Of a DNA stretch of 64,000 bases, positions 38,041 to 50,594 are shown piece by piece; the stretch's first letter is position 1; the number at the start of each line of letters is the position of its first letter. Below the pieces are notes generated by a model, which worked only from the letters and a program-made list of their open reading frames with translations, was not told the DNA's origin and made no database searches. Position numbers and translations under genes: made by a program. The DNA comes from Ginglymostoma cirratum (taxonomy: Eukaryota): positions 17,984,258 to 18,048,257 of the forward strand of contig JAHRHZ010000087.1 of NCBI GenBank assembly GCA_024137785.1, given 5' to 3'.

Positions 38041-39774
38041 GGGTGCAATTTTACATTGTCCTGAACAATGTGGGCTATGGTGAGAAATCTGGTAGGCTTA
38101 TGCAAAAAGTCCAATAAGACTGTTCTTGGCATTGAGAGAAACTCATTGCGTTTTTTAATTAAGTTCTCAACATTGAGATCAGAGTCTCACTAGGCAGCAG
38201 CAGGTTGTATATTAACTAGGATTACTGCTTGTTAATGACTTTATTAACTGTAAATCTTCCCGCATTAATATCTATTAATAGCTTTCTATCTTACCTCCCA
38301 CTGTGAGCAAACTGGATGGCAACAATTCTCAACATGGAAGTCAGAGGGGGTGCCCGGTGACTCCAGCTCACCACATGTTGCAAAGGAACTCCATGTTGGT
38401 CACCAGGCCCCGACATCTCAGTGCACACTCCATGGGCAGTGATCACATGCACCATACATCTACAGGCATTGTCAACTGACATAGCCAACCTCTAAGAACC
38501 CTCATGGCACATCTCCGAACCACTTACAGCACGTCCATGCTGCACCTCAGGTTGCAACCAGTGACTTTCATTACAATGCTGCAACAAGAACACTTTGGGC
38601 TCACGGACACACGCCCAGCTCACGGAATGGTCCAGGTTACATTTCAGGGTAGTTTGCTTGATCCCTTATCACTCACTCACTTTGACTGTACCTTCTTTGC
38701 ACCTTGTCCCTCAGCCAAGGATATGAGACAAACACTACCCCTGTGGTACTACACTGTTTAGTAGATACACAAAGCCTGGAGCTTGCCATGGTCATCGGCA
38801 GTTCTCAGTTAAGTAAAGGGAGATAGCTTTCAGTCAGGTGGTTCTGGTACAGCAGATTCAAAGCAGTGTCTGATCAGAGTCCAGCAGCTCGGACATAGTC
38901 AGTCAGCCCCCTCATGCTCTTTACAAAAGGGCTGAGAAACCAAATATTGGGCAGTCCACCATCCCATTGACTGTTTCTGCTTTACCGTAAACTACTTCTT
39001 ACTGGAAGGCGAGAGAGGCCGGTATTAAGGGAGATAAAAACAGGTGGCACAGCTGTTATTTTTGGTGTACATGGGGCAGTGTCCCAAGGGAGCAGGCAGC
39101 GTTGAGGGTATGCAGGTTTAGTAGTGTCAGGGGTGGGGTGGGTGATAGAGAGTGATGGGAATGTTGCAGGCAGTAATGAGAGTGGTAGAGCATGAACCTT
39201 GGTGGGAAGTTGGTACAGAGGGAGAGATAGAGTCAGCTCGAAGTATCAGAGAGGAGATGGTGGCACTTAAGCTGGAAGAGTGTAGAAGGTCATTAACCTT
39301 CTTCCTATGTTACTCTGCTTTCCTACAGATGCTACGGATGGTTGAGACTGCACTGACCTATGTGTCACCTGTGGACCAGGCTGGCATGGTCTGGTGTCAT
39401 AACCTCCACTGCTGTTTTTGGGGGAAGAGTATGACCTGCTTGTGCACCACTCTGTCAGAAGGTCCCTGTTCACAAAGTGGGCACCAATTTTCCTTCCTCT
39501 GCCATGTCTGGAATGAATACCAGGAACCATGCAGGCAGCTACAAATTGACAGTGCTTGTCTGGGTGTACAATGGGGCTTTTAAAGATGGTGCTGGCACCA
39601 GGAATACTGATCCATCCAGGGGTATCCTGGCAGTGGCAATTGTGAATTGTGCTAGAAACAGACAAAAGTGCCATGGGACACGATATGTAGTCATTAAAAG
39701 CCAAGTTTTGTGAAATGTTTTAAAAGAAACATCACAAACTGGACACTTAGTGAAATAAATTTAAGATTCAGCCC
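38041..39774 (-). mobile_element. Harbinger/PIF transposon remnant with decayed Myb/SANT-like gene
   Basis: Minus strand ~39480-39270 reads VILFPQKQ..TMPAW....VSAVS....HRKKVNDLLHS (Myb/SANT-like). Ends resemble imperfect TIRs: gggtgcaattttaca and, in reverse complement, gggctgaatcttaaa. Confidence 0.55.
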
Positions 39775-39921
39775 ATACTTTTTGCTATAATCAGGCCTAT
39801 GATAAATATTGTTCTGGTGCATACCAGACTACCTGATAACTTAATGCCATTTACACTAAAACTTAAAATATCTTTGATTGGAGTTGACCTAATGGGAGCC
39901 ACACAACCATTAGTAAATGCT

Positions 39922-40170
39922 AAATAAAAACCACAAGAAGTGTGGATGCTGTAAATCAGGAACAAGAACAAATTTGCTGGAAAAACTCAGCAGATCAGGC
40001 AGCATCTGTGAAGGGAAAAAACAGAGTTAACGTTTCGGGTCCGGTGACCCTTCCTCAGAACATTCTGAAAGTTTTGAGGAAGGGTCACCAGACCCAAAAC
40101 GTTAACTCTGTTTCTTCCTTCACAGATGCTGCCAGACCTGCTGAGGTTTTCCGGCTAATTTGTTTTTGTT
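39922..40170. mobile_element. 249-bp fold-back PLE-C mini-element (two inverted ~100-bp hammerhead-containing arms) with 15-bp TSD
   Basis: Arms 39961-40061 and 40071-40170 are inverted repeats with a 9-nt spacer. TSD ccattagtaaatgct at 39907-39921 and 40171-40185. Confidence 0.9.
40026..40061 (-). ncRNA. Minimal hammerhead ribozyme motif (PLE-C), core intact
   Basis: Reverse complement gtt-CTGAGGA-a-gggtc accg gaccc-GAAAC-GTT-aac. Perfect 5-bp stem II, stem I gtt/aac, GUU triplet. Confidence 0.78.
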
Positions 40171-40671
40171 CCATTAGTAAATGCTGTTTTATTGGAGTGT
40201 ACTCCATCCAAGTAAGGGGATCAGGGCTCATTATGTGGTCAAGTAGGTGAGGCAGACATGCATCTAAAGTAGGAAGAAATGTGGGTGACAGTTCTGGAAG
40301 TGGGATCTCCACATAGTCTCCTCTGCCGCTGCCTCATTTGCTCCGCAGCCACTTCTTATCTCAGACATTAATCTGTCAAGGATATTATTCCCAAGGTATT
40401 TCAGCTTTAATTGTATAAATTTAAAATGTATCAGCTTTAAGGGAACTTTTGGCACTGACCCCTGAGAGTAAGATGATTAAACATGATATAAATTTGGCAA
40501 TGAAGGGATTGTTGGGTGAGGACACAAATCAAGGTGAAAGAAAGAACAGGGCTGCCAGTAATAACGCACTACAGAAAAAGAAAAGCATTCCATGGAGGTG
40601 ATTGGTCGGAGGTGCAATTGTTGCTTGGATGTATAGCTGCCAGTATTTGCCTCTCTAACTGGAATCAGAAC

Positions 40672-43208
40672 TAACTGGAATTGCATAAAGATGAACAGTA
40701 GCATTTATACAGAGTTTTAAAAGGAATGGATACCCAAAAAGCACAATCCATCATTACCTCCACGACAGACCACAAAAAGACACAACACGGCCAGACACAC
40801 GAGTCACCCTACCATACATCAGAGACAAATCAGAGATGACCACAAGACTACTCAGACCCCTAGGTATCAGGGTAGCCCACAAACCAACAAAGACCTTGCA
40901 ACAGAAACTGATGAACGTAAAGGATCCCATACCCACAACCAATAAAACTGATAATATACAAAATACCATGCAAGGACTGTGAGAAACATTACATAGGCCA
41001 TACTGGAAGAAAACTGACAATAATGATACATGAACACCAACTAGCCAGCAAGACACAAGCAATTCTCACTGGTCTCAATATACCCGGACAAAGAAGGACA
41101 TAAATTTGACTGGGACAACATATCCATAATAGCACAAGCCAAACAGAGACATGCCAGGGGATTCCTGGAGGCCTGGCATTCCAACTGGAACTCCATCAAC
41201 AAACACATTGAACTGGACCCGATATACAAACTGCTGAAAAACAGAACTGGAAGTGATGCCATCCACCTCAGCAAACCGAGGCATTTTAATAACAAGTGGG
41301 ACAGAACGCCGACTCTTCACCGGAGGCACACTGACGATGTTACCTAGCAGGGTGATGAAACGTCTGCAATCAAACACACTGGCTCGGCGAGCAGGGCTAC
41401 AACCTCATCCACAACCCGAGCTACAAATCTTCTCAAAAAATGAAAACACCTATGGCCACAACACCCTCAAACTGGCCCGCAGATGGGAGGCAAATGCCAT
41501 CCGTCTGAGCACGATCCGCAAACAACTTTACTTCCTTTATAAATGTCTCAGAAAACAGGTACTACCAAAAAGCTTAGAATATAACCCACCTATCAACAAT
41601 CCACAGGCACGGAGAACAGCTGCACAGAACAGCCGCAGACTGATTTGGGTTATGATCAACAAGGCCCACAAATCTCCACAAATATGAGCAGGAAATTGCG
41701 CAACAAAACACTTTGTCCTCCAACGCAACCGATCAAGAATGAACAACCACACTGGAACAGGCCATCACCGTACAACAACAAAAGATCAGAACAAAGAAAA
41801 GAAGAGCCCTACAAGAAAAACTATCCAAATTCACCCACAACAATGACAAAGACAACACAGAAATATGGATCAAGAACATCTCAGACCAACTATTTACAGA
41901 CACTGAGAAGACCGTCCTAGTATGCGCACTGCATTATAACTACAGACACCCCAAAAAAACCTGACTTCCTGGTGGCCCTGGAATTGACACTAAAGAACAA
42001 TGGACTCACGGAGGAAATACAACAGACCATCAGACAGACAACAGTCCCAACACTGACCAGAAAAGGTAAGCAGAGCACATTTAATACAGAGTAGAAGAAA
42101 GCCCTGGAAAGACTCAAGAAAGGCAGAAACATCGTAATCTTACTGGTAGACAAAGGATGCATGACATTAATCCTTATTAGAGCCCAATACATTGAGAAAG
42201 CTAACGCACCACTACTAGATACCGACACCTACCAACAGATGGCGATAGATCCAACACCGCAGTTAGAAAACTGGATTACAACAGCCCTGATGAAATTACA
42301 CAACTCACTAGATATCAGCAAGACAGACTAGCGTATACAGAAAGATCACACATACGGACCAGATACTTAATTACACCAGCAACCATCCCAACACCCCCCA
42401 GAAATGGAGCTGCATCAGGACATTATTCAAACGAGCACACTGTAGCAACCCAGAACTGCACAAAGCAGAACAGGAGAACTTAATATGTAGTGTTTGAAAG
42501 GAATGGATACCCAAAAAGCGCAATTAGCCGTTACCTCTGCAACAGACCACAACACAAAGACACAACATGGCCAGGCACTCTAATCACCCTACCATACATT
42601 AAAGACATATCAGAGATGACCACAAGACTACTCAGACCCCTAGATATCAGGGTAGCCCACAAACCAACAAAGACCTTGCAACAGAAACTGATGAACGTAA
42701 AGGATCCCATACCCACAACCAATAAAACTAACATAACATACAATATACCATGCAAGGACTGTGAGAAACATTACACAGGCCAAACTGGGACAAAACTGAC
42801 AATAAGGATACACGAACACCAACTAGCCAGCAAAAGACACAACCATTTCTCACTGGTCTGAATACACATGGACAAAGAAGGACATAAATTCAACTGGGAC
42901 AACATATCCATAACAGCACAAGCCAAACAGAGACATGCCAGGGAATTCCTGGAGGCCTGGCATTCCAACCGGAACTCCGTTGAACTGGACCCAACATACA
43001 ATCCACTGAAAAACAGAACCCGAAGTAATGCCAACCATCCCAGCAAACCGAGGCATATAAATAACTGGCGAGACAGAACACCAACGCTTCACCGGAGGCG
43101 TACTGACAATGCGACCAATAGGGAGATGAACCATCTGCAATCAAACATACAGGCTTGGTGAGCAAGTCTACAACCTCATCCACAACCTGAGCTACAAATC
43201 TTCTCAAA
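40672..43208 (+). mobile_element. PLE family B partial tandem: [thumb-EN-pLTR]-[ORF N-terminus, RT core deleted, thumb-EN-pLTR]
   Basis: 40700-41437 and 42485-43208 are direct repeats. The ORF N-terminus YGHNTLKLARRWE..LYFLYKCLRKQVLPKSL starts ~41440 and jumps at ~42330 to VYRKITHTDQILNY. Imperfect TSD aactggaatcagaac (40657-40671) / aactgaattagaac (43209-43222). Confidence 0.9.
41327..41368 (+). ncRNA. Minimal hammerhead ribozyme motif (PLE-B)
   Basis: ca-CTGACGA-t-gttacctagcagggtgat-GAAAC-GTC-tg. The paralogous site at 43099-43139 is degenerate. Confidence 0.68.
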
Positions 43209-46200
43209 AACTGAATTAGAACCTTTCATGTCATGACAAGAGCGTTACATTCACCAGGTGCTTTGTTATGGTTCACAGATAAGTTCCAACTCTCTTTCAC
43301 AATGAGACAAACTACAGAACATCAGAATCTCCTGAACTACCACAGCTTATGTATAAACTTGACATCATAAGGCGCTCACTTAGAAATTTGTAACATTAAG
43401 TTGTATAATTCCATAATAATCAACAGAATTCCAAAAACAGTGGAAACTAGGCATGAAAACTGATTTAACTCATACTCGTACAAAAATATCAGAGAGGAAT
43501 GTGGCATGAATGTGCCTTGGAACCAAGGCTTTATCATAAACTTGAACTCACCCAAATCTCTGCTAGCCTTATCCTTACTCAAAGAATCTTCAACAAAGCA
43601 CATGTGATCCTAATAGGAGAGAATGGATGTGCTCCTTGAAGCAGCATAGCACTACTTCCCCCTATCTCTTTGGAGCTGCCATCAACAAACTTCACAAGAA
43701 CATAATCCGATTTAAATAAAAACAAACCAAAGAAGGAGTCATCGGGATTTGTGAGCAAAAGCTTAGTCAAAGGAGATAGATTTAAAGAAGATCTGTGGTT
43801 AGGCTTGTATGGGAATCTTAGAATTTAGCACCTGGGTAGCTGAAATGTAGGACTGGGGAAGTTTGACAGAAATAAGGAGGGGTTAAATTGTAAGGAGATT
43901 TGAATACATGGATTGGAGTTTTAGATTTAGTTGTGAACCAGAGACCAGAGATCAGAGATCAAAGAACACAATGATGGGATTCAAGGCAAGTAAAATAATG
44001 ATGCAACTTAAGTTGTTCTATTAAGCCAAAGGCATTATATAAGTTCAAGTTATTAGTATAAATCCAAACATTCTTATCATGTGATTTTGTATTTTGTAGA
44101 AAAATTCAGCTTGGGTAGATCATTGATTTAAAAAGTGTTTTTCTTCAAAGTCCATTTCCATGTTAGTTATTACAAATTTGGAAAATCATTTATAATTTTT
44201 GACATTTCTAGCCTATTGTTTCTCTCTGTGTAGTGAAATCTACAGATTTCATATTCTTGTGACTGGGGTATAAATTAATTAGCAAGATTAATGAAAGTAA
44301 ATTCAGGAGAATTAATTGACAATAAGTACATAGCAGCTGCTCAGTACTGCTTGACCATGAATATAGTACAAGGTTTGCCTGCAGCTACATCCTCTGATAA
44401 TTAGATTTCCTACGAAGAAGGCACAGAATTTTTACTTGGCAGTGGTTACTGGCAAAGTAAAATGAAGTTGACAGCATTCGCTTCCTTCCCATTTCCTGTT
44501 TGTCATCATCAAGCACACTTTGTACACTCTTGTCCTCCCTACAATTCTTAATGCTCAGCAACTGTTATTAAAAAGAGACACCTGCAGTGATCAATTTTCA
44601 AACCAGACGATAATCAGAGTGCAAAAAGAAGATATTATTATAACATGTCTAATTCCTGAAGCCACATTGGTGTGCTCTCGGCAGCTGCTTAATTGCTAGG
44701 CTTTAAGGATTGGACCCCTACTAGGAGCCTTAAGCTTTACGGGAGGACACAGCAATACATGATCAGGGACTAAGGAAGACTTCTGCATCTGCATCTTTCA
44801 AACTGCTAATCATGTAAAAGTTCCTTGAATGACTTTTATACCCGAGTGTTAAAGTCTGCCACGTAGCACGTGTTAGCATTGAATTATCCTTTCACGCAGA
44901 TTACACCATGAACTAACAACTCTTACCGGATCAACTACTTCTGCTTTCGTGGTGTTCTAGTTCTCAGATGTACCATTAGGGGGAGGTAGAGAGCAAAGGT
45001 GAGGCATTAAACTTTGAAAACAAGTTGCTAAGCAAATTACTGCAAGGGTGCTCTCTGGGTTCCTTAGCAACTGGTTACTGTGGAATTGGCAGAAGGAAGG
45101 AAGATTGCTTGCTAATGTTCTCAGACGAAAAATGGTTCATGATGCAGAAGGAAAAAAGAAAATAACAGGGTTGAATCTGTGTGCTACACTTCATAAAGCT
45201 TGACCTAATTTTCAAGAGAGGCATTTGACAGGTATGGTGTCCAACTAGGGAAGAGAACAAGGGTATTCTGAGGGCAGACTTCTCAAAATAACTAAAGCTA
45301 TCAGTATTTTTAGTCTCCAGAACGACAGAGTGCAAAAGGGTACCAAAAATTAAACACATTTACAGCATACTGTTCAATCAATTAATTCACTTGCTTTTGC
45401 CGTAATAAATTAGGTTGGTCGTTAAATGAAAGTCACCTTTTTGTTAAATTATGATGAAATACAAAGTCATTGTGATTAAATGATAAAACCGTTTTAGCAG
45501 AAATGAAACAATAGTTAAAGCGCATTACTTAAGGCACTTGGAAAAATGTATCAATTTCATTCCATTGTCTCAGTGCAGTCATGGTCTATCATGTCACATA
45601 ATTGTATAAATTTAAAATAGATCTAACTGCTATTTCTAAAATATTTTTTAAATATGAAAGAACAGTGGTGATTCAGTCACCTTGTCATAAAGAACTGTAG
45701 AGTCTATCTTCAACTGCTGAACATTGGAACTCCTAATTTTGCATTCTTGCACCAGATTCCAAGTGCTGCCTTTTTGATATCAGAACTTGGTGTCAAAGCC
45801 AGATTGGATCAAGTCAATGAAAAGCTTATCTCCTTATGCTGCAAAGTATCATTTAGAGCACAGGCTTTCAAACTGGTCATTGAGGACCCTAGGGATCCTA
45901 GAAGGGCTTCAAAGGTCATCTAAATTTTATTTATCTGGGGCTGTGTGTGCAGGGAGCAGGATTTGACAATATACTTTTGTTCCATTCTTAGCAGAATCTC
46001 ACAATAGGGGTCAAACAAAGAGAAAGGAATCCATTTATTACTGAATTCACGTTGAGCAAAGGTTGATCAAAATAAGGGTACAGGATTTATTGCTCTTTCA
46101 GACAATGATTTAAGGATAGATTACCCTTTATTTTGCATTTTCCTTTATCATGGCACTTTTTTCTTCTCACCTGGAAGTAAATAGTGCATTGATAGTCCTG

Positions 46201-46214
46201 CTATCTATTTGTTA

Positions 46215-47530
46215 CAGAATCAGAGGATAGAAAGTGACCATTGGCCCTACTCTGCCTATGCTGGCTCCTCAGTAGAATTATCTACTGAATCCCTTTCCCT
46301 TGCTACATTGCTATAGCCCTGTAACTCTTTTCTCTTCAATTTTTCCCTTTTGAAAGTTGCTATTGAAATTTCAACAATTGCCTTTCCCAGTCAGGACATT
46401 TCAGATTACAACTAGCTGTGCAACAAATTGTTTCCTTAAGTCATCTTTTATTGAACTTGAGCAACATCAAGGAGGGAGGGACAGTGATTGGACTCTGGTA
46501 GAATGCAGATGCTGAGATAGATGTGTGGATTAACAAAGAAAGGACAAAATTAGGAACGTGTACTTTGGGGCTGGTGAAAGTTGTAGGAACATTGAAGAAA
46601 ATAGCTGAAGAAATTGAAATCATATAGTCATCTATTGCAGAGGGACAGCAGAAATATGGTGAGTTGCGTAATGAAGAAAATGCTGCTACAAAGAAGAGGA
46701 GGAAGGCTTAAGACTACTGTGATGATGAGAAACTTAAATGTAACAATATTGGAAGAGGAATGAGAGATCGATAGACCGAGATGGTTAAGTGTGATCAACC
46801 AGTACTGTAGCGACCCCAAGACAAATGGAAGATGCTCAAAGAAGTTATCTCTTGTTATTTTGCCAATCATGAGAATATACTCCCTCCTGCTAATCCTTAT
46901 GCCACTGGAAACAGTTTCTCTTCATTTACTCTATCAAACCATTCAAGATTTCAAATACCTTTATCAAATGTCTTCTTAAACTCCTCTGCTCTCAGGAATT
47001 CAACCTCAGCCTCATCCATTGCTCTAAGTGACTCAGGCCTCTTACCCCTTGTACCATGCTAATGAATCTCTTCTCCAAGTCCTTGACATACTTCCTCAAA
47101 TGTGATGGCCAGAAATAAACATAATACTTTAGTTGAGGTCTAACCAGTGAATCATAGATTTGCTTTAGTGTGGAATCAGGCCATTTGGCCCATTGAGTCC
47201 ACACCTACCCTCCAAAGAGGATCTCACCCAGTCCCACCCCTACCTTATCCATGTAACCCTGCATTTCCTATGGCTAATCCACTTTGCCTGAACATCCCTG
47301 GACACTACAGGCAAATTAGCATGGCCAATCCACCTAACCTGCACTTCTTTGGACTGTGGAAGGAAACCCATGCAGATATGTGGAGAATGTGCAAACTCCA
47401 CATAGAGAGTTGCCTGATGCTGGAACTGAACATGGGTCCTTGGCACTGTGAGGCAGCAGCACTAACCACTGAGCTACTGTGTCACCCCAGTGCTTTAATG
47501 GCTTAACATAACTTACTTGCTTTTGTGTTT
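46215..47530 (-). mobile_element. Decayed CR1 3' region interrupted by an L2-like segment (~46450-46830) and an HE1 SINE
   Basis: ORF 46992-47204 contains LVRPQLKYYVYFWPSHLRKYVKDLEKRF (CR1 RT tail). A 3'UTR-like motif lies at 46215-46330. Confidence 0.6.
47150..47487 (-). mobile_element. HE1-type V-SINE inserted in CR1
   Basis: Reverse complement has the same head, V-domain and tail as 36760-37097. Confidence 0.9.
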
Positions 47531-48172
47531 ATTTCTTCTGTTAATGAAGCCATGGATCTTTTGTTTGCAGATATGTGTATACTCTATATATAAAAATATT
47601 GAGACATTTTTTGAAGATATCATTCAAGGATCATTGAGACATTTAACTGAAAACAATCAAACTGCTTATATCTTCTGCAAGGCACATGAAAAAAGTCGCT
47701 TTCTGTGGAGTGATTGACTCAGTTGCTAGATTATTCAGTTTTGTCAAGTGTTACAACATGTAGGTTAGAAAAGCAAAAAGCATTTTTGTCCTGCATAGTT
47801 CTGACAGCTAAAAAAACTGATAGCTTCAGTTATTTAGGGATATTCTCCGCTCTCAAGACCTGATGTTCTTATTCTCTTCTCCAAGTTGGACACCATTCCT
47901 GTCCAGTTTTTATTTTAATTTCTAGGATTGTAGCTGGAGAAAGTACAGGAACTGGGCCTGAATGAAGAATGGCACTCTTTTTTTGTGAGTACCTGTACTG
48001 GAGGTCTTGATGACAGAGGTGATAAAGAAATGGCTCGTTTAAGCAGGAGGGAAGGATTCATAATCAGAAGGCAGCAAGATAGAGAGCTGTGGAGGTCAAA
48101 GCCAGGGCTAAAGACCTTATAATGATTAGTGAAGGTCAATGAACTGAATTACAAATGCCTGTTGAGCAGTAG

Positions 48173-49307
48173 TGTAGTGGTTGGAATGCAGTGGATCTTG
48201 TTGACTATGAGATCCTGATTGGGGCCAATCAGGAAGCCCTGACAGACCAATACAAATAGGGGATTTTCACATAGTCATTGCCCCTACAGGGACTCTGTTT
48301 GATACTGATGGTTTGGTCACCTGGGTGGTTTTCCTGCTGGTGGTATGTTAATATAGTTTTTGCACACCTGGTGTTTTTTACTGTGTCTCATGCCTGCACA
48401 AGCATAACAAGGGTGCTGGGGAAGATAAGCACTACAGCTGGATGGCAGTAGTGTAGGGGGACAGCAAAAAAAGAAAATAAAAGGTATAAACAGGGAATTT
48501 TGAATCTCCTCAGTTCAGGGACTGACTCCAAGCTGGTGGCCACAGACAGCATACTGTGCACATATAAATAAAGGGTGATTCAGTGATGGGATACCTGCCT
48601 CTATGCACTTACATAAAAGGACGAGTTCTGGTGCCGGAACCACGGAAATGACCCTCACAAGGTGAGGTTGACGTGATGTCAGGTCCTGTGACTTACAATG
48701 TTCGGGTAGATGAGGCAGTCCTGAACAAACATGTCGATCGCCTGCAAGTTGCTATTTCGCACACGGGGCAGGAGCAAAACATAGCTGGCCCCTCAGAACA
48801 TCCAGAAGGCCTGTCAGAAACCTTGGGATCTCCCTCTCTGTCTAGTACTGAGGAAACTTCAGAGTTCGAGATGGATGCAACCTTGATACAGTTACTGCTG
48901 GAAAAAGAGGAGGAAACTCGCCAAAGACGCTCCAGACACAAGAGACGGGCTACAGTCCGGTACACGCCGCCTGTGTCAGAGCCCAAGTCAGAGGAACCGC
49001 AACAGGCGCCAAAACATCACAGGAAAAGCAACGAGAAAGACCAGGCCTCCATCCCTGGACTCAGTTGGTGTGGGTTGGGGGGGATGAGATGTAGTGATTG
49101 GAACCAGGTGGATCCCATTGACTACAAGATCCTTGATTAGGGGTGTTAACCTGGGCCAATCAGGAAGCCCTGGCCGACTAATATAAACAGGGGATTCAGA
49201 ATCCCCTCAGTTCAGGAACTGACTCTGGTCAATGGTCTGTTGGTCTGTGTGAGTGAAAATAAAGGGTGACTTGGTGACAGAATATGAGCCTCTGTGCAGT
49301 TATTTCA
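48173..49307 (+). mobile_element. Internally deleted Gypsy LTR element: rearranged 5' LTR, integrase C-terminal remnant, PPT, 218-bp 3' LTR
   Basis: 3' LTR tgtagtga...ttatttca at 49090-49307, preceded by a G-rich PPT. GPVTYNVRVDEAVLNKHVDRL matches the Gypsy integrase C-terminus. LTR-homologous pieces at 48173-48300 and 48480-48615. Possible TSD agtag/actag. Confidence 0.75.
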
Positions 49308-49809
49308 ACTAGCTTCAGACATGTTGCTTAATTCATTACCACTCCACTAGTCATCTACCAACAACCTACTAATCAGACCTCACACCCACATTTCACAGCT
49401 AGCGCACACTGCCAGTTATTCAAACACAATAGCCTACCTGCCAAATGGGTTGCACAACACTCACTGACAAACTTGCCTCTATCTTGAAGGATGAAGTGGC
49501 ACATAATGGAGGGTGCATGTGACATGTGCTCATCCATTTCCTGACCCTTATGCAGGAGACAGTACTGAGCTTTGTTGGGACACTCTTTATTGAGATTATC
49601 ATTGGTAGTGGGATTGAAACTGTTGAAGGTGACAGCATCCACAAACCTAACACTTCTCACATTTCATCTTCTCCTCATCCCACTTCCTGATATGTAGGCT
49701 ACAGGTTGTGTAAGCAACGTGGCCTTTCTTCCCCAACCTTTTATGCCTTTTTCCTTTTGGATAGTCAAGAAGTCCAACCTGGTCAAGGTATAGAGGATCA
49801 CCAACTAGA

Positions 49810-49990
49810 ATAGAGTATTATTGAATAAAATATCCTTCATTGTCACATGTGTTCAACTACAGAAGTACAAGAGTACAGCAAAAAGCTTTACAATGTTGTC
49901 TCTTACGGCACCATCTTAGGTACAAGTACCTACGTGGAAATCTTAGATACAAAAAGAGGAATAAAATGAAAAGTAGTTGCATTACTTTAC
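49810..49990 (-). repeat. Copy of the unclassified retroposon tail seen at 11930-12115
   Basis: ttcattgtcacatgtgttcaa...tacaatgttg...ccatcttaggtac is the reverse complement of that repeat. Confidence 0.55.
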
Positions 49991-50594
49991 ACTGATTCAT
50001 AGAATAAATTAGAAATAAGACATCGTTAGAAGGATAGACGTTATAGTCAGATAAACAAATTACAAATAAACATAAACTAGAAAGTGATGAAGAAGATGCA
50101 GCGCTTGATTTCACATTTGCCTCCACAAGCTCAGACACTGACACTGTGTGTATCCTCAAATATAGCTTAGAGGGATTGCAGAAGGGCCAACCTATCAGAC
50201 ATGGCAGTGCACACAGGTTCCACCATGAAAGACTCAGATCTGTGATTCATTGAGACAACCCACAAAAGAATGTTGATGGTTCTGCTTAATGAAAAAATTG
50301 AAGCATTGAGAAGCTTACTCGAAAGTCTGCAGTCAAATTCAGAGAGCATACAGGAGTATTAAACTAATTTAGCACAATGTTTGGAGCTCACCTTTTCAGA
50401 CCTGGAGGTGTTGACAACTCCCAGAAGCAGACTTTTTCATCAACACGTAATTCAGTGTTTGGTGCTCATTGTTGCAGCTTCCAGTGTAGCACAGGTAGTT
50501 CCCATCCAATATCTGGGTGCCTCAATGCATGCTCAGACTAATGTAAATTTAGGTTACTGCCACACCAGGTTAGACTGCTGCTATCATGACTGTG

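Noticed and set aside
39922-40170. Classical DNA-transposon MITE or miRNA gene
   Set aside because: The arms are homologous to hammerhead-bearing PLE pLTR ends, the ends are asymmetric, and a 15-bp TSD does not fit common MITE superfamilies.
25213-47487. tRNA genes
   Set aside because: The A/B-box-containing heads belong to SINEs; no complete cloverleaf followed by a terminator was seen.
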